Positions 30,968-40,925 of a stretch of 64,000 nucleotides of DNA are shown here, piece by piece (the stretch's first letter is position 1; each line of letters opens with the position of its first letter). The stretch covers positions 1 to 64,000 of the forward strand of contig JBFEXS010000002.1 of assembly GCA_041562555.1 (NCBI GenBank). The letters run 5' to 3'. The notes beneath the pieces were generated by a model. That model was not told the origin of the DNA. It did no database searches and saw only the letters and a program-made list of their open reading frames with translations. The position numbers and the translations under genes are program-made. The DNA comes from Sulfurimonadaceae bacterium (lineage in GTDB: Bacteria > Campylobacterota > Campylobacteria > Campylobacterales > Sulfurimonadaceae).

Positions 30968-31122
30968 TTCTTCCCCGGTAGCTGCTACACATCGTAGCAA
31001 GCCCAAACCATCCCTGCTTCAAAGCGTAACATCACCGCTTTTACCTTCAGAACCAGGTCGCTTTAACCTTCTACAAGTATTTACAAGATATAATCGTGAA
31101 AAATATTTTCGGAGGATTGCGA

Positions 31123-32835
31123 ATGAGTATTCCTATTTATACTTATGATGCCATTGTTGTCGGTGCTGGTCTTGCAGGCTGTGCCGCAGCATTAGAGCTG
31201 GAAAAAGCTGGCAAAAAAGTCGCTGTAATTACAAAACTACACCCTTTACGTTCACACTCAGGTGCAGCGCAAGGTGGGATCAATGCTGCCTTTAGTGATG
31301 CAGACAGTGTTGACCTACATGAATTTGACACAGTGAAGGGAGCAGACTATCTTGCTGATCAAGATTGTGTTGAGTTTATGTGTCAAAAAGCTCCGGAGAC
31401 TATCCGTTGGGCTGAACGCATGGGTGCAGCTTTTTCTCGTACAGAAGATGGGAAGATCGCACAAAGACCTTTTGGTGGTCAATCATCTCCACGTGCTTGT
31501 TTTGCAAAAGACCGTACCGGTCTTACTCTTTTACAAACTATTTATGAGCAAGCACACCGTTATGGTGTAACCTTCTTTGATGAATGGTATGCAGCTGACT
31601 TACTCTATGAAAACGGTAAAGTATACGGAGTTGCTGCTTTTGATATCCGCAATTCAGAAAAAGCAATCTTCAACGCAAAAACAGTCATGTTCGCTACTGG
31701 TGGATATGCACGCTCTTTCAAAATCAACTCCAACGCACACGCAAATACAGGTGATGGACTTTCTCTTGTTGCTCGTCATGGTCTTCCACTTGAAGATATG
31801 GAATTTGTACAGTTCCACCCGTCAGGTCTTTCAGGGAACGGTGTTCTTATTTCTGAAGCGGCACGTGGTGAAGGTGGACGCCTTCTTAACTCTGAGGGTG
31901 AGCGTTTTATGGAAAAATATGCGCCTAACGCTATGGAACTTGCTTCCCGCGATGTTGTTGCCCGTGCTATTATCCAGGAGATTCGTGAAGGACGTGGAGT
32001 CGGTCCTCGTAAAGATGCGGTTTACATTGACCTAGTACACCTTGGCAAAGACCTTATTATGGAAAGACTTCCGGAACTCCGTGATCTTGCGATCACATTC
32101 TTGGGTCTTGATATGATCAAAGAGCCTATTTTGATCTCTGCAACGGCACACTACTCAATGGGTGGTATACCATGTGATGTCAAAGGACATGTACGCAAAA
32201 ACAATGACGAGTTTGTAGAAGGCTTCTACGCTGCCGGTGAATGTGCTTGTGTATCTGTACACGGGGCAAACCGCCTAGGTGCCAATTCTGTTCTTGAAGC
32301 ACTTCTGTTTGGCCGATTCGTCGGTAAGACAATGGTTGAAGAAGTTGACAGCATTGAACTACGCAAAGCTTCTCAAGACGATGCAAAACGTATGGAAGAA
32401 GAGCTTGAATTCATTCTTACAAACAATGGAACGGAGAAAGTATCAGATCTCAGACATGAACTTCAGCAATCCATGACAGACAATGCAGGTGTTTTCCGTA
32501 CAGAAGAGACACTTGCTACCCAAGTCAATAAAATCAAAGAACTGCGTGAACGTTATAAGAACATCCGAATTGCTGACAAGTCTAAGATATTTAATACAGA
32601 GATGCAAGAAGCGATCGAATTTGGTCATATGCTTGATTACTGTGCATTTATTGTCCAAGCTGCCTTGGCACGTAAAGAGAGCCGTGGTGCTCACTACCGT
32701 GAAGACTACCCGACACGTGATGACGAGAACTTCTTAAAACACACTATGGGATACATGGACAAAGATGGAAACATCAGTCTGGACTATATGGACGTTGTTC
32801 TTGGTAAACATGAGCTTAAAGCTAGAACGTATTAA
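31123..32835 (+). CDS. sdhA: Succinate dehydrogenase/fumarate reductase flavoprotein of a type-E SdhABE complex
   Basis: [16 protein letters not shown] (covalent-FAD His), [28 protein letters not shown] and ESRGAH. ATG at 31123 follows a GGAGG RBS; TATAAT at about 31089. Confidence 0.93.
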   Translation: MSIPIYTYDAIVVGAGLAGCAAALELEKAGKKVAVITKLHPLRSHSGAAQGGINAAFSDADSVDLHEFDTVKGADYLADQDCVEFMCQKAPETIRWAERMGAAFSRTEDGKIAQRPFGGQSSPRACFAKDRTGLTLLQTIYEQAHRYGVTFFDEWYAADLLYENGKVYGVAAFDIRNSEKAIFNAKTVMFATGGYARSFKINSNAHANTGDGLSLVARHGLPLEDMEFVQFHPSGLSGNGVLISEAARGEGGRLLNSEGERFMEKYAPNAMELASRDVVARAIIQEIREGRGVGPRKDAVYIDLVHLGKDLIMERLPELRDLAITFLGLDMIKEPILISATAHYSMGGIPCDVKGHVRKNNDEFVEGFYAAGECACVSVHGANRLGANSVLEALLFGRFVGKTMVEEVDSIELRKASQDDAKRMEEELEFILTNNGTEKVSDLRHELQQSMTDNAGVFRTEETLATQVNKIKELRERYKNIRIADKSKIFNTEMQEAIEFGHMLDYCAFIVQAALARKESRGAHYREDYPTRDDENFLKHTMGYMDKDGNISLDYMDVVLGKHELKARTY

Positions 32836-32844
32836 GGAGAAAAG

Positions 32845-33825
32845 ATGAGTGTAATTCCAACGAAAAAAATCACCTTCAAAATGTTCCGCTTTAACAGCGA
32901 AACAGACTATCTGCCGACATACATCGATTATGATGTAGATGTAACACACGAGAACGTCATCCTTGATATTCTTACCCATATCAAGAATGAGGTTGATGGA
33001 ACGCTATCTTACCGCCGTTCTTGCCGTCATGGTATCTGTGGTATCTGTTCTGTCAAAGTCAATGGAAAAGCAATCCTTGCATGTAAAGAGAATGTACTTC
33101 AACTGGTTAAAACTTACGGGACAACATTAACGATTGAGCCATTAAGCATCAAACGCGCGATGAAAGACCTTATCATCGATAAAGAGGACTTCTGGGTCAA
33201 ACACGATCAAGTCAAACCTTACCTTATCTCCGACGTTGAAGAACATCCTGAACACGAACATATCGTCACACCGGCAGAAGCAGAAGAACTTCTTGAAGCT
33301 GACTACTGTATTCAATGTGGTGCATGTCACTATTCGTGTCCTTCCCTTGAAATAAACGATGCCTTCATCGGGCCTGCAGCTTTTGCAAAGGCGTATCGTT
33401 TTGAAGCAGATGTACGTGACGATGCTCACCGCGAGCGTCTTGATGTTATCAATGCGGAAGGGCAAGGTGTTTGGGACTGTGTCAAATGTATGGAATGTGC
33501 GGAAGTTTGTCCAAAAGACGTTAATCCGATCGAGAAGATTACTAAGCTACACAACATGGTCTTTACAGAGGGTAAACCACTTAACAACATCGCGACACGC
33601 CATGCTGTTTACTTTAAAGACTCTATTGCGAAGCACGGTCAGTTGAATGAAGCAGGCTTGGTCATATACTCTGAAAAGGGTTACGGTATGTATAAGCACC
33701 TTAAAGTTGGCGCAAAGATGATTGCCAAAGGTAAAGCTCATATCAATCCATTGATTGTTCCAAAATCAGACAAACTAGACGAGATCAAAAAACTAGTTGA
33801 GATCTCTTCTACAGCAAAATTCTAA
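32845..33825 (+). CDS. sdhB: Fe-S subunit of the type-E succinate:quinone oxidoreductase
   Basis: CRHGICGIC..C, CIQCGACHYSCP and CVKCMECAEVCP (four-Cys third motif), plus a C-terminal extension. Confidence 0.92.
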   Translation: MSVIPTKKITFKMFRFNSETDYLPTYIDYDVDVTHENVILDILTHIKNEVDGTLSYRRSCRHGICGICSVKVNGKAILACKENVLQLVKTYGTTLTIEPLSIKRAMKDLIIDKEDFWVKHDQVKPYLISDVEEHPEHEHIVTPAEAEELLEADYCIQCGACHYSCPSLEINDAFIGPAAFAKAYRFEADVRDDAHRERLDVINAEGQGVWDCVKCMECAEVCPKDVNPIEKITKLHNMVFTEGKPLNNIATRHAVYFKDSIAKHGQLNEAGLVIYSEKGYGMYKHLKVGAKMIAKGKAHINPLIVPKSDKLDEIKKLVEISSTAKF

Positions 33826-33835
33826 GGAGTACACG

Positions 33836-34714
33836 ATGTCTACACTTAAATATGCACTATTTACCGGTTGTACAGCACGTCAAAGTACACCTGAACAAAT
33901 GATGTCTACTATGGCTATCGCCAATAAAATGGGGATCGAGTTGGAGATCCTTGAAGAGGCTACCTGTTGTGGTGCTTCTCACCTTCAAGATTATGATGAG
34001 TTCTTATCATTAGTTCTTAATGCACGTAATATCTGTTATGCAGAGTCACGTGGTATGACAATGGTCACGATCTGTAATACCTGTCAGTTGAACACAATGC
34101 TGACAAAGCGCCGTCTTGACAATGATCCTGAGATGAAAGCAAAAGTAAATGAGAAGCTTGCAGAAGTCGGTCTGGAGTACAAGGGTACTTCCGAGATCAA
34201 ACACTTCTTGTATGCCATCATTGATGACTTCGGTCTTGACAAGCTTAAGTCTATGGTAGTTAAACCGCTTGCAGAGTTCAACATCGCACCGTTCTACGGT
34301 TGTCACAACATTCGTCCTTCCGAGACGCATGAAGATTCAAACGGACATGAGAACGCTTATGCACCGACCTCGCTTGATGATCTTATCCTGGCATGTGGCG
34401 GTAACAACGTCGATTATGATGAAAAGAATAAATGCTGTGGTTTCCATGCAGAACTTCAAGCACCGCATACAGCAGCCACACTGACAGGTAATGCTCTGAT
34501 GGGTGCAATGGACAACAATGCAGACTGGATGGTAACACCATGTCCACTCTGTCACCTGAAGCTGGATACACAGTACGAGCACGCTTCTAAAGCTGTCGGT
34601 CGTGACGTAAAGCTTCCGGTTTTACACATGCAACAGATGATCGGTCTTGCTTTCGGAATTGATGGCAAAGAACTTGGTCTTCAACACCACGTATCCGAAG
34701 TAAACTTCGTATAA
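33836..34714 (+). CDS. sdhE: HdrB-like CCG-domain subunit SdhE
   Basis: Two CCG domains (FTGC..TCCG..CNTC and FYGC..KCCG..CPLC). ATG at 33836 follows an AAGGAG RBS. Confidence 0.88.
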   Translation: MSTLKYALFTGCTARQSTPEQMMSTMAIANKMGIELEILEEATCCGASHLQDYDEFLSLVLNARNICYAESRGMTMVTICNTCQLNTMLTKRRLDNDPEMKAKVNEKLAEVGLEYKGTSEIKHFLYAIIDDFGLDKLKSMVVKPLAEFNIAPFYGCHNIRPSETHEDSNGHENAYAPTSLDDLILACGGNNVDYDEKNKCCGFHAELQAPHTAATLTGNALMGAMDNNADWMVTPCPLCHLKLDTQYEHASKAVGRDVKLPVLHMQQMIGLAFGIDGKELGLQHHVSEVNFV

Positions 34715-34721
34715 CTTTGGC

Positions 34722-34743
34722 AGTAAGGCAAACTAGCCTTACT
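34722..34743 (+). terminator. Stem-loop after sdhE
   Basis: AGTAAGGC-aaacta-GCCTTACT, with no clear U-tract. Confidence 0.45.
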
Positions 34744-34998
34744 CCTCACACTCCCTCAGCCATCATCCAGATATATAATATTTTATAATAAAATATTCTT
34801 TCCTTGACCTAATAAAGGTAACACTTTCGATGATTTTATATGAATCTAAAAATCTATCCAGATTTAAAGCGAGGTACAAGTTTTGCCTTGTTAGTATGCA
34901 CAACATATGTTTATTTCAAAACACTTAGGACAAAAATATTATCAGCACCTGGATTTCATATCTGTATATTTTGTTGATTACAACAAGGATAGATACGC

Positions 34999-37900
34999 AT
35001 GAAAATCACTCCTAACGAATTTAAAGACGCCAAGTCACTGGCCTCACAATGGCAAGAGTCCATCTCTAAAAACCGTGAACCCGAAGAGAAAAAGTTTCAC
35101 GAGATGATGGTCAATATGCTCAAAGACCCTCTAAATAAAGTCTTTCTTATCGAACTTCTTGATCAAAGTTTCAGATCACAAAACCCTGAGCGCATTGCAA
35201 AACAGATCGAATATGTATTTGAGCAGTATGAAGACACGAGTATTTTCTCTGACTTTGAAGCACTACTTATCGCCCTCTTTCGTTCTGTGGGCATGTGGTT
35301 TCCGAGACTTTCGATCCCTATGTTTATCAACTACCTGCGAAATGATATCAGCCGTATCGTCATCAAGGGCGAATCAAAAGCCCTAACGGATCATCTGCAG
35401 ATGCGCCGCAATGAGGGAACCCGGGTCAATATCAATCTTATCGGTGAAGCCGTCTTAGGCGAAAAAGAGGCACGCGAACGCATTGAAAAGTATAAGGATG
35501 CCTTGAGTAACCCTAATATCGACTATATCTCGATAAAAATATCCACTATATTCTCACAGATAAACCCTCTGGCCCATGAGTGGAGTGTCGAACAATTAAA
35601 AGCACGACTGAGTGAGATCTATCAAGCAGCGATGAAATACCCTTTCACAGATACACAAGGATATACCCAAGCAAAGTTTGTCAATCTGGATATGGAAGAA
35701 TATCGTGACCTTCATCTTACTCTCGACGCCTTTAAAACGACACTTGAACAAGATGAGTTTAAAAACTTTCATGCAGGTATCGTTCTTCAAACCTATCTTC
35801 CAGACACACTAAAAGAACTAAAATCCCTTGCACAGTGGGCAAAAGACAGGGTTCACAGTGGAGGTGCACCGATCAAAGTGCGTCTTGTCAAAGGTGCCAA
35901 CCAGGAGATGGAACTTACCGAGGCAAGCTTGCGTCATTGGGAATGTGTAACCTACCTAAAGAAAGAGTATAGTGATGCCAATTATAAGATTTGTATGGAC
36001 TTTTTACTTGATCCCGAAGTTGCGCCCTATGTGCACATCGGTATAGCATCCCATAACCTTTTTGATCATGCCCTTGCCAATATTCTGGCCAGCTCTCGTC
36101 AAGTAGAACAGTATTATACTGCTGAGATGCTTGAAGGCATGAGTGAGACAGCCTATAAACTTCTCAAGTCAAAGGGTATCAATGTTATCCTCTATGCCCC
36201 AATCGCAACGGCGAAAACCTTTACCAACGCTATCGCCTATTTAGTCCGCCGCTTTGATGAAAACACAGCAGATCAGAACTTCTTACGCTACAGTTTTGGA
36301 CTTCAAATGAGATCGCCTGAATGGGAAAAGCTCCTGCAGAGCTATGACAAGTCTATAGAGGCCATCCCCTTCACATCCCAGATGCCCTTTAGAACACAAG
36401 ATCGCAATCAGTCGCCTCATCCATGTACAACAAAAGTTGAGGACTACCGCTTCAAAAACGTAGCGGACACAGATTTTTCGCTTTCGCAAAACAGGGTCTG
36501 GGCCGTAAAAATACGTGATAAATGGCAAAACATATCTAAAGAAGGAGGATTTCATGCCATGCCTGTCGTCGATGGCAAGCCACTTCCGAAGAAAAGTCCT
36601 CTCCGTGTTATAGACAAGTCCCAATACCATCAAGAGATCACCGTAGGCTCTTACACGAATGCAGATGCCTCAGATCTGCTCAAAGCGGTTGAAGTCGCGG
36701 CGCTTGATCCTGATGGCTGGAGAGAGAAAAGTCTTTCGCAGCGCCAGGAAATTTTAATGCAGGTAGGTGTAGAACTTGAAAGACGACGCGGTGATCTTAT
36801 CGGTGTCGCTGCTGCCGAAGTCGGAAAGGTCTTCACTGAAACAGATGTAGAAGTCAGTGAAGCGATCGATTTTTGTAATTTTTACCCTTACAGTGTACGT
36901 CAGATCAATAGCTATACCGGCATTCATACCCGTGGCAAAGGTGTCGGTCTTGTCGTCTCCCCCTGGAACTTCCCCGTAGCCATTCCGACCGGAGGTGTTG
37001 CCGCAAGTCTTGCTGCAGGAAACACCGTACTTATCAAACCTGCTTCAAACGCCGTACTTTGTGCCTATATGATGTGTGAATGTTTTTGGGCGGCAGGTGT
37101 CAGTAAAAGGACGCTGCAATTTATACCTACTCCGGGCAAACTGGCCGGTGAAATACTCATTCCAAACAAAAAAATTGACTTCGTCATCTTTACCGGAGGT
37201 GAGCAGACCGCCTATGATATGCTCAAAGTCAAACCCGATCTACATTTAAGTGCTGAGACCGGGGGAAAAGATGCCACCATAGTCACCTCTCTGGCGGACC
37301 GGGATCAAGCGATCAAGAATGTTGTCGCTTCTGCGTTTAATAACTCCGGGCAAAAATGTTCCGCCACTTCTTTGCTTATCCTCGAAAAAGAACTGTATGA
37401 AGACAATGCTTTCATGAACAACCTTGTTGATGTGGCATCTTCCCTGGAAGTCGGTTCTGTATGGGACTTTAAAAACCGCATAGGTGCACTCTCGGATCTG
37501 CCGCAAGGAAACCTGAACAAAGCCCTGCACCACCTCGATCCAAAAGAGAGATGGGCACTTCAGCCTTCCTATGCAGACCGTGATAATCCATATATGCTAA
37601 GACCTTCTATCCGGTATGGAACCCAAGCCGGCGATTTTTGCCATATGCATGAGCTCTTTGGTCCCGTACTAAGCGTAATGAAGGCAGATTCCCTGGACGA
37701 AGGGATCGAGCTTGTCAATGCTACCGGCTATGGGCTTACCTCCGGTATAGAGTCTCTGGACAGAAGAGAACAGGAGTTCTGGAAAGAGAGACTTAAAGCA
37801 GGAAATCTTTATATCAACCGTATGACGACCGGTGCCATTGTATTACGTCAACCCTTTGGCGGTATGGGAAAATCGGCCATAGGTAGCGGGCGTAAAGCAG

Positions 37901-38586
37901 GCGGTCTGAATTATGTTGCCCAGTTCATGGACATAGGTTCGACCGGTGCACTCTTACTCAAAAGTGCAAAGCATATTCAGGTCGACCGACTTGCTGCCCT
38001 TTTGGATGGTGAACGTTTTTTTACACAAACGCTAAATGATGCCATACGGATTGCATCACACTTTGCCTCGTTTTTATATGATGAGTTTCTTCAAGAACAT
38101 GATTATGTCAATGTACGGGGCGAGAGCAATGTTATTCGCTATCTTCCAATGAAAAGCGTACTCCTTCGTCTTGAAGAGAGCGATGATCTGGTCGAGATGC
38201 TTGTGAGTATTTCGGCTATCAAAATGAGCGGTGCCAAGCTCATCCTCTCACTGCCTTCTCTCTTGAGCAATGAACATAGTCTATGGCTGTATGACAAAGC
38301 ATCGATGCTTTTGGATGCCCAGGACGAAGTCTATACAGAAGACCTCGGGCAGATGCTTGAACATATACCAAGAGTAGAACGGTTACGGTTTTTAAACAAA
38401 TCTACCTGTAGTCCCTCAGTCTATGCACATGCCCGTCAGCATGGCGTACATATAGCTACCGAGTCCTTCATATCCCATGGTCGTATAGAACTGATGCATT
38501 ATTTTTACGAGCAGAGTGTTTCAAACTCCTATCATCGCTATGGAAACTTGGGACGCAAAGGTCTATCTTACAAGGAAAACACATGA
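34999..38586 (+). CDS. putA: Bifunctional proline dehydrogenase / P5C dehydrogenase
   Basis: PRODH motifs NLDMEEY, RLVKGAN, ASHN and YLVRRFDEN. ALDH motifs EAIDF, SPWNFP, ETGGKD, GQKCSA, ELFGP and QPFGG. Confidence 0.95.
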   Translation: MKITPNEFKDAKSLASQWQESISKNREPEEKKFHEMMVNMLKDPLNKVFLIELLDQSFRSQNPERIAKQIEYVFEQYEDTSIFSDFEALLIALFRSVGMWFPRLSIPMFINYLRNDISRIVIKGESKALTDHLQMRRNEGTRVNINLIGEAVLGEKEARERIEKYKDALSNPNIDYISIKISTIFSQINPLAHEWSVEQLKARLSEIYQAAMKYPFTDTQGYTQAKFVNLDMEEYRDLHLTLDAFKTTLEQDEFKNFHAGIVLQTYLPDTLKELKSLAQWAKDRVHSGGAPIKVRLVKGANQEMELTEASLRHWECVTYLKKEYSDANYKICMDFLLDPEVAPYVHIGIASHNLFDHALANILASSRQVEQYYTAEMLEGMSETAYKLLKSKGINVILYAPIATAKTFTNAIAYLVRRFDENTADQNFLRYSFGLQMRSPEWEKLLQSYDKSIEAIPFTSQMPFRTQDRNQSPHPCTTKVEDYRFKNVADTDFSLSQNRVWAVKIRDKWQNISKEGGFHAMPVVDGKPLPKKSPLRVIDKSQYHQEITVGSYTNADASDLLKAVEVAALDPDGWREKSLSQRQEILMQVGVELERRRGDLIGVAAAEVGKVFTETDVEVSEAIDFCNFYPYSVRQINSYTGIHTRGKGVGLVVSPWNFPVAIPTGGVAASLAAGNTVLIKPASNAVLCAYMMCECFWAAGVSKRTLQFIPTPGKLAGEILIPNKKIDFVIFTGGEQTAYDMLKVKPDLHLSAETGGKDATIVTSLADRDQAIKNVVASAFNNSGQKCSATSLLILEKELYEDNAFMNNLVDVASSLEVGSVWDFKNRIGALSDLPQGNLNKALHHLDPKERWALQPSYADRDNPYMLRPSIRYGTQAGDFCHMHELFGPVLSVMKADSLDEGIELVNATGYGLTSGIESLDRREQEFWKERLKAGNLYINRMTTGAIVLRQPFGGMGKSAIGSGRKAGGLNYVAQFMDIGSTGALLLKSAKHIQVDRLAALLDGERFFTQTLNDAIRIASHFASFLYDEFLQEHDYVNVRGESNVIRYLPMKSVLLRLEESDDLVEMLVSISAIKMSGAKLILSLPSLLSNEHSLWLYDKASMLLDAQDEVYTEDLGQMLEHIPRVERLRFLNKSTCSPSVYAHARQHGVHIATESFISHGRIELMHYFYEQSVSNSYHRYGNLGRKGLSYKENT

Positions 38587-40076
38587 TGCAGACACCTACC
38601 CTTATCTCATTTCTTATCTATATGTTTGGCATGATTGCTATTGGTATCTATTTTTACTTCAAAACCAATGATCTAAGTGATTATGTACTCGGAGGCAGAG
38701 GACTAGGCCCCAGTGTGACTGCACTGAGTGCCGGTGCTTCCGATATGAGCGGATGGCTTTTACTGGGGCTTCCGGGGATGATGTATAGTGATGGTATCGT
38801 AGGCTCCTGGATCGGTATCGGTCTAGTGATTGGAGCCTATATTAACTGGCATTATGTGGCAAGGCCCCTGCGTGTCTTTACCCACCGATTGAACGATGCC
38901 ATTACCATACCCGATTATTTTTCAAACCGCTTTGAAGACAGTGGAAACCTTCTACGCGTTGTCACTGCCATCGTCATCTTGCTCTTTTATACCCTGTATA
39001 CCTCTTCCGGACTGGTCGGCGGTGCCAAGCTGTTTGAAGCCACTTTTGGACTTGACTACTCAACTGCCTTGATGATAGGAAGTTTCATCATAGTCTCGTA
39101 CACTTTTTTGGGTGGGTACAATGCCGTTAGCTGGACCGATTTTTTTCAAGGTATCCTCATGATGCTTGCCTTGATCATCACCCCTATTGTCGTTCTTTAT
39201 GACATAGGTGGTATCAATAAGGGAATTGAGATCATCGCATCCATAGATGCGACAAGACTTGATATGTTCAAGGGGACATCTTTGATCGGCATCATTTCTC
39301 TTATGGCCTGGGGGCTTGGGTATTTTGGACAGCCCCATATACTAGTAAGGTTCATGTCTATCCGTCATGAAGATGAACTACATCGTGCAAAGCATATCGG
39401 AATGAGCTGGATGATTCTTTCGCTTATAGGTTCATTGGCCGTCGGCTTTTTCGGCTTTGTGTATGTTATAGCAAACGGTGTCGATCTGCAGGATAATGAG
39501 AAGATATTTATCATCCTCTCCCAATTGGTCTTCAACCCGTGGATTGCCGGTTTTTTGCTGGCAGCTATATTAGCGGCCATTATGAGTACCATCGATTCAC
39601 AACTTCTTGTTTCATCTTCTGTATTGACCCGTGACATCTATCATGCACTTATACGTAAGGATGCGAGCAATAGGGAGCTTGTGTGGGTAGGTCGAGTCAC
39701 GGTCATTATCATCGCGATAATTGCATGGTATATCTCGACAGATAAAGACTCCAAAGTACTTGACCTTGTAGCCTATGCATGGGCAGGATTCGGTGCATCT
39801 TTCGGTCCCCTTGTCATTCTCTCCTTATATAACAGGAACATCACCAAATATGGTGCTATTGCAGGGATGATTGTCGGTGCTCTTACCGTAATTATATGGA
39901 AGCAGCTCCAAGGCGGTATATTCGAACTTTATGAGCTCCTTCCGGGGTTTATCGCAGCATGGATAGCCATTCTTCTGTTTAGCCCATTTGGTAAGCAAAT
40001 GACATCAGCTTCACAGCAGATGTTTGATGAAGCACACCGCACACTCAATCAAAAAACATTAAAAGGAAATCAATGA
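38583..40076 (+). CDS. putP: Sodium/proline symporter
   Basis: DYVLGGR, ALSAGASDMSGWLLLGLPG, WGLGYFGQPHILVRFM and AIMSTIDSQLLV. Confidence 0.95.
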   Translation: MMQTPTLISFLIYMFGMIAIGIYFYFKTNDLSDYVLGGRGLGPSVTALSAGASDMSGWLLLGLPGMMYSDGIVGSWIGIGLVIGAYINWHYVARPLRVFTHRLNDAITIPDYFSNRFEDSGNLLRVVTAIVILLFYTLYTSSGLVGGAKLFEATFGLDYSTALMIGSFIIVSYTFLGGYNAVSWTDFFQGILMMLALIITPIVVLYDIGGINKGIEIIASIDATRLDMFKGTSLIGIISLMAWGLGYFGQPHILVRFMSIRHEDELHRAKHIGMSWMILSLIGSLAVGFFGFVYVIANGVDLQDNEKIFIILSQLVFNPWIAGFLLAAILAAIMSTIDSQLLVSSSVLTRDIYHALIRKDASNRELVWVGRVTVIIIAIIAWYISTDKDSKVLDLVAYAWAGFGASFGPLVILSLYNRNITKYGAIAGMIVGALTVIIWKQLQGGIFELYELLPGFIAAWIAILLFSPFGKQMTSASQQMFDEAHRTLNQKTLKGNQ

Positions 40077-40834
40077 AACGACTTGTTATAAAAGTTGGTA
40101 GTGCCGTTTTAACGGAAGAGAATCATATTGCAAAAGAACGCATGCTCAACCTAGTCTCTCTTGTTGCTGCACTGCAAGGAGTATATGACGTTATACTCGT
40201 CACATCAGGTGCCGTAGCAGCAGGATATTCTGCCCTCAAACTTGATAAGAAAAAGCAGATCGGGAAAAAAGCACTGGCAGCTGCTGGTCAGCCTATACTC
40301 ATGACTGCCTACAAAAAGAAGTTTGATATCTATGATATTGACACCGCACAGATACTACTGACAGAAGACGATTTTGATTCACGTAAACGTACCCGGATGT
40401 TTCAAGAGATCATCGATGCCCATTTGGAAAACGACATCCTTCCTATCATCAATGAGAACGATATAACATCCACGCCGGAGCAACTTTTTGGAGACAACGA
40501 CCAACTCTCTGCGAATGTAGCTTACGCGACCGATGCTGAGCTTCTTGTCATTCTCAGTGATATCGATGGGTATTATGACAAAAACCCTCAAGAGCATGCC
40601 GATGCAAAGCTCTATAAAATAGTCAACCACTTACCACAAGAAGCACTGGAAGATGTCTCAACAGCCAATAATGATTTTGCGACAGGTGGAATCGTCACAA
40701 AACTCATTGCAGCAGATTATCTTATCAAGCGTAACCGAAAGATGTTTTTATGTAATGGCTTTGATCTCAGTGCGGCTGAATCTTTTTTGCTAAAGGGGGA
40801 ACATACCCTTGGAACACTCTTTGAGCCTTTATAA
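40073..40834 (+). CDS. proB: Glutamate 5-kinase (short form without PUA domain)
   Basis: VIKVGSA, VTSGAVAAG, AAGQ, PIINEND, FGDNDQLSA and TGGIVTK. Confidence 0.92.
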   Translation: MKRLVIKVGSAVLTEENHIAKERMLNLVSLVAALQGVYDVILVTSGAVAAGYSALKLDKKKQIGKKALAAAGQPILMTAYKKKFDIYDIDTAQILLTEDDFDSRKRTRMFQEIIDAHLENDILPIINENDITSTPEQLFGDNDQLSANVAYATDAELLVILSDIDGYYDKNPQEHADAKLYKIVNHLPQEALEDVSTANNDFATGGIVTKLIAADYLIKRNRKMFLCNGFDLSAAESFLLKGEHTLGTLFEPL

Positions 40835-40925
40835 GCAGATATAAAGTCTTAGTGTAACCCTAGATGTATGAATTAGCTTTACCAGTCTAGAGATGATTTA
40901 AATCTATCCTTGTACAATCGCGTTC

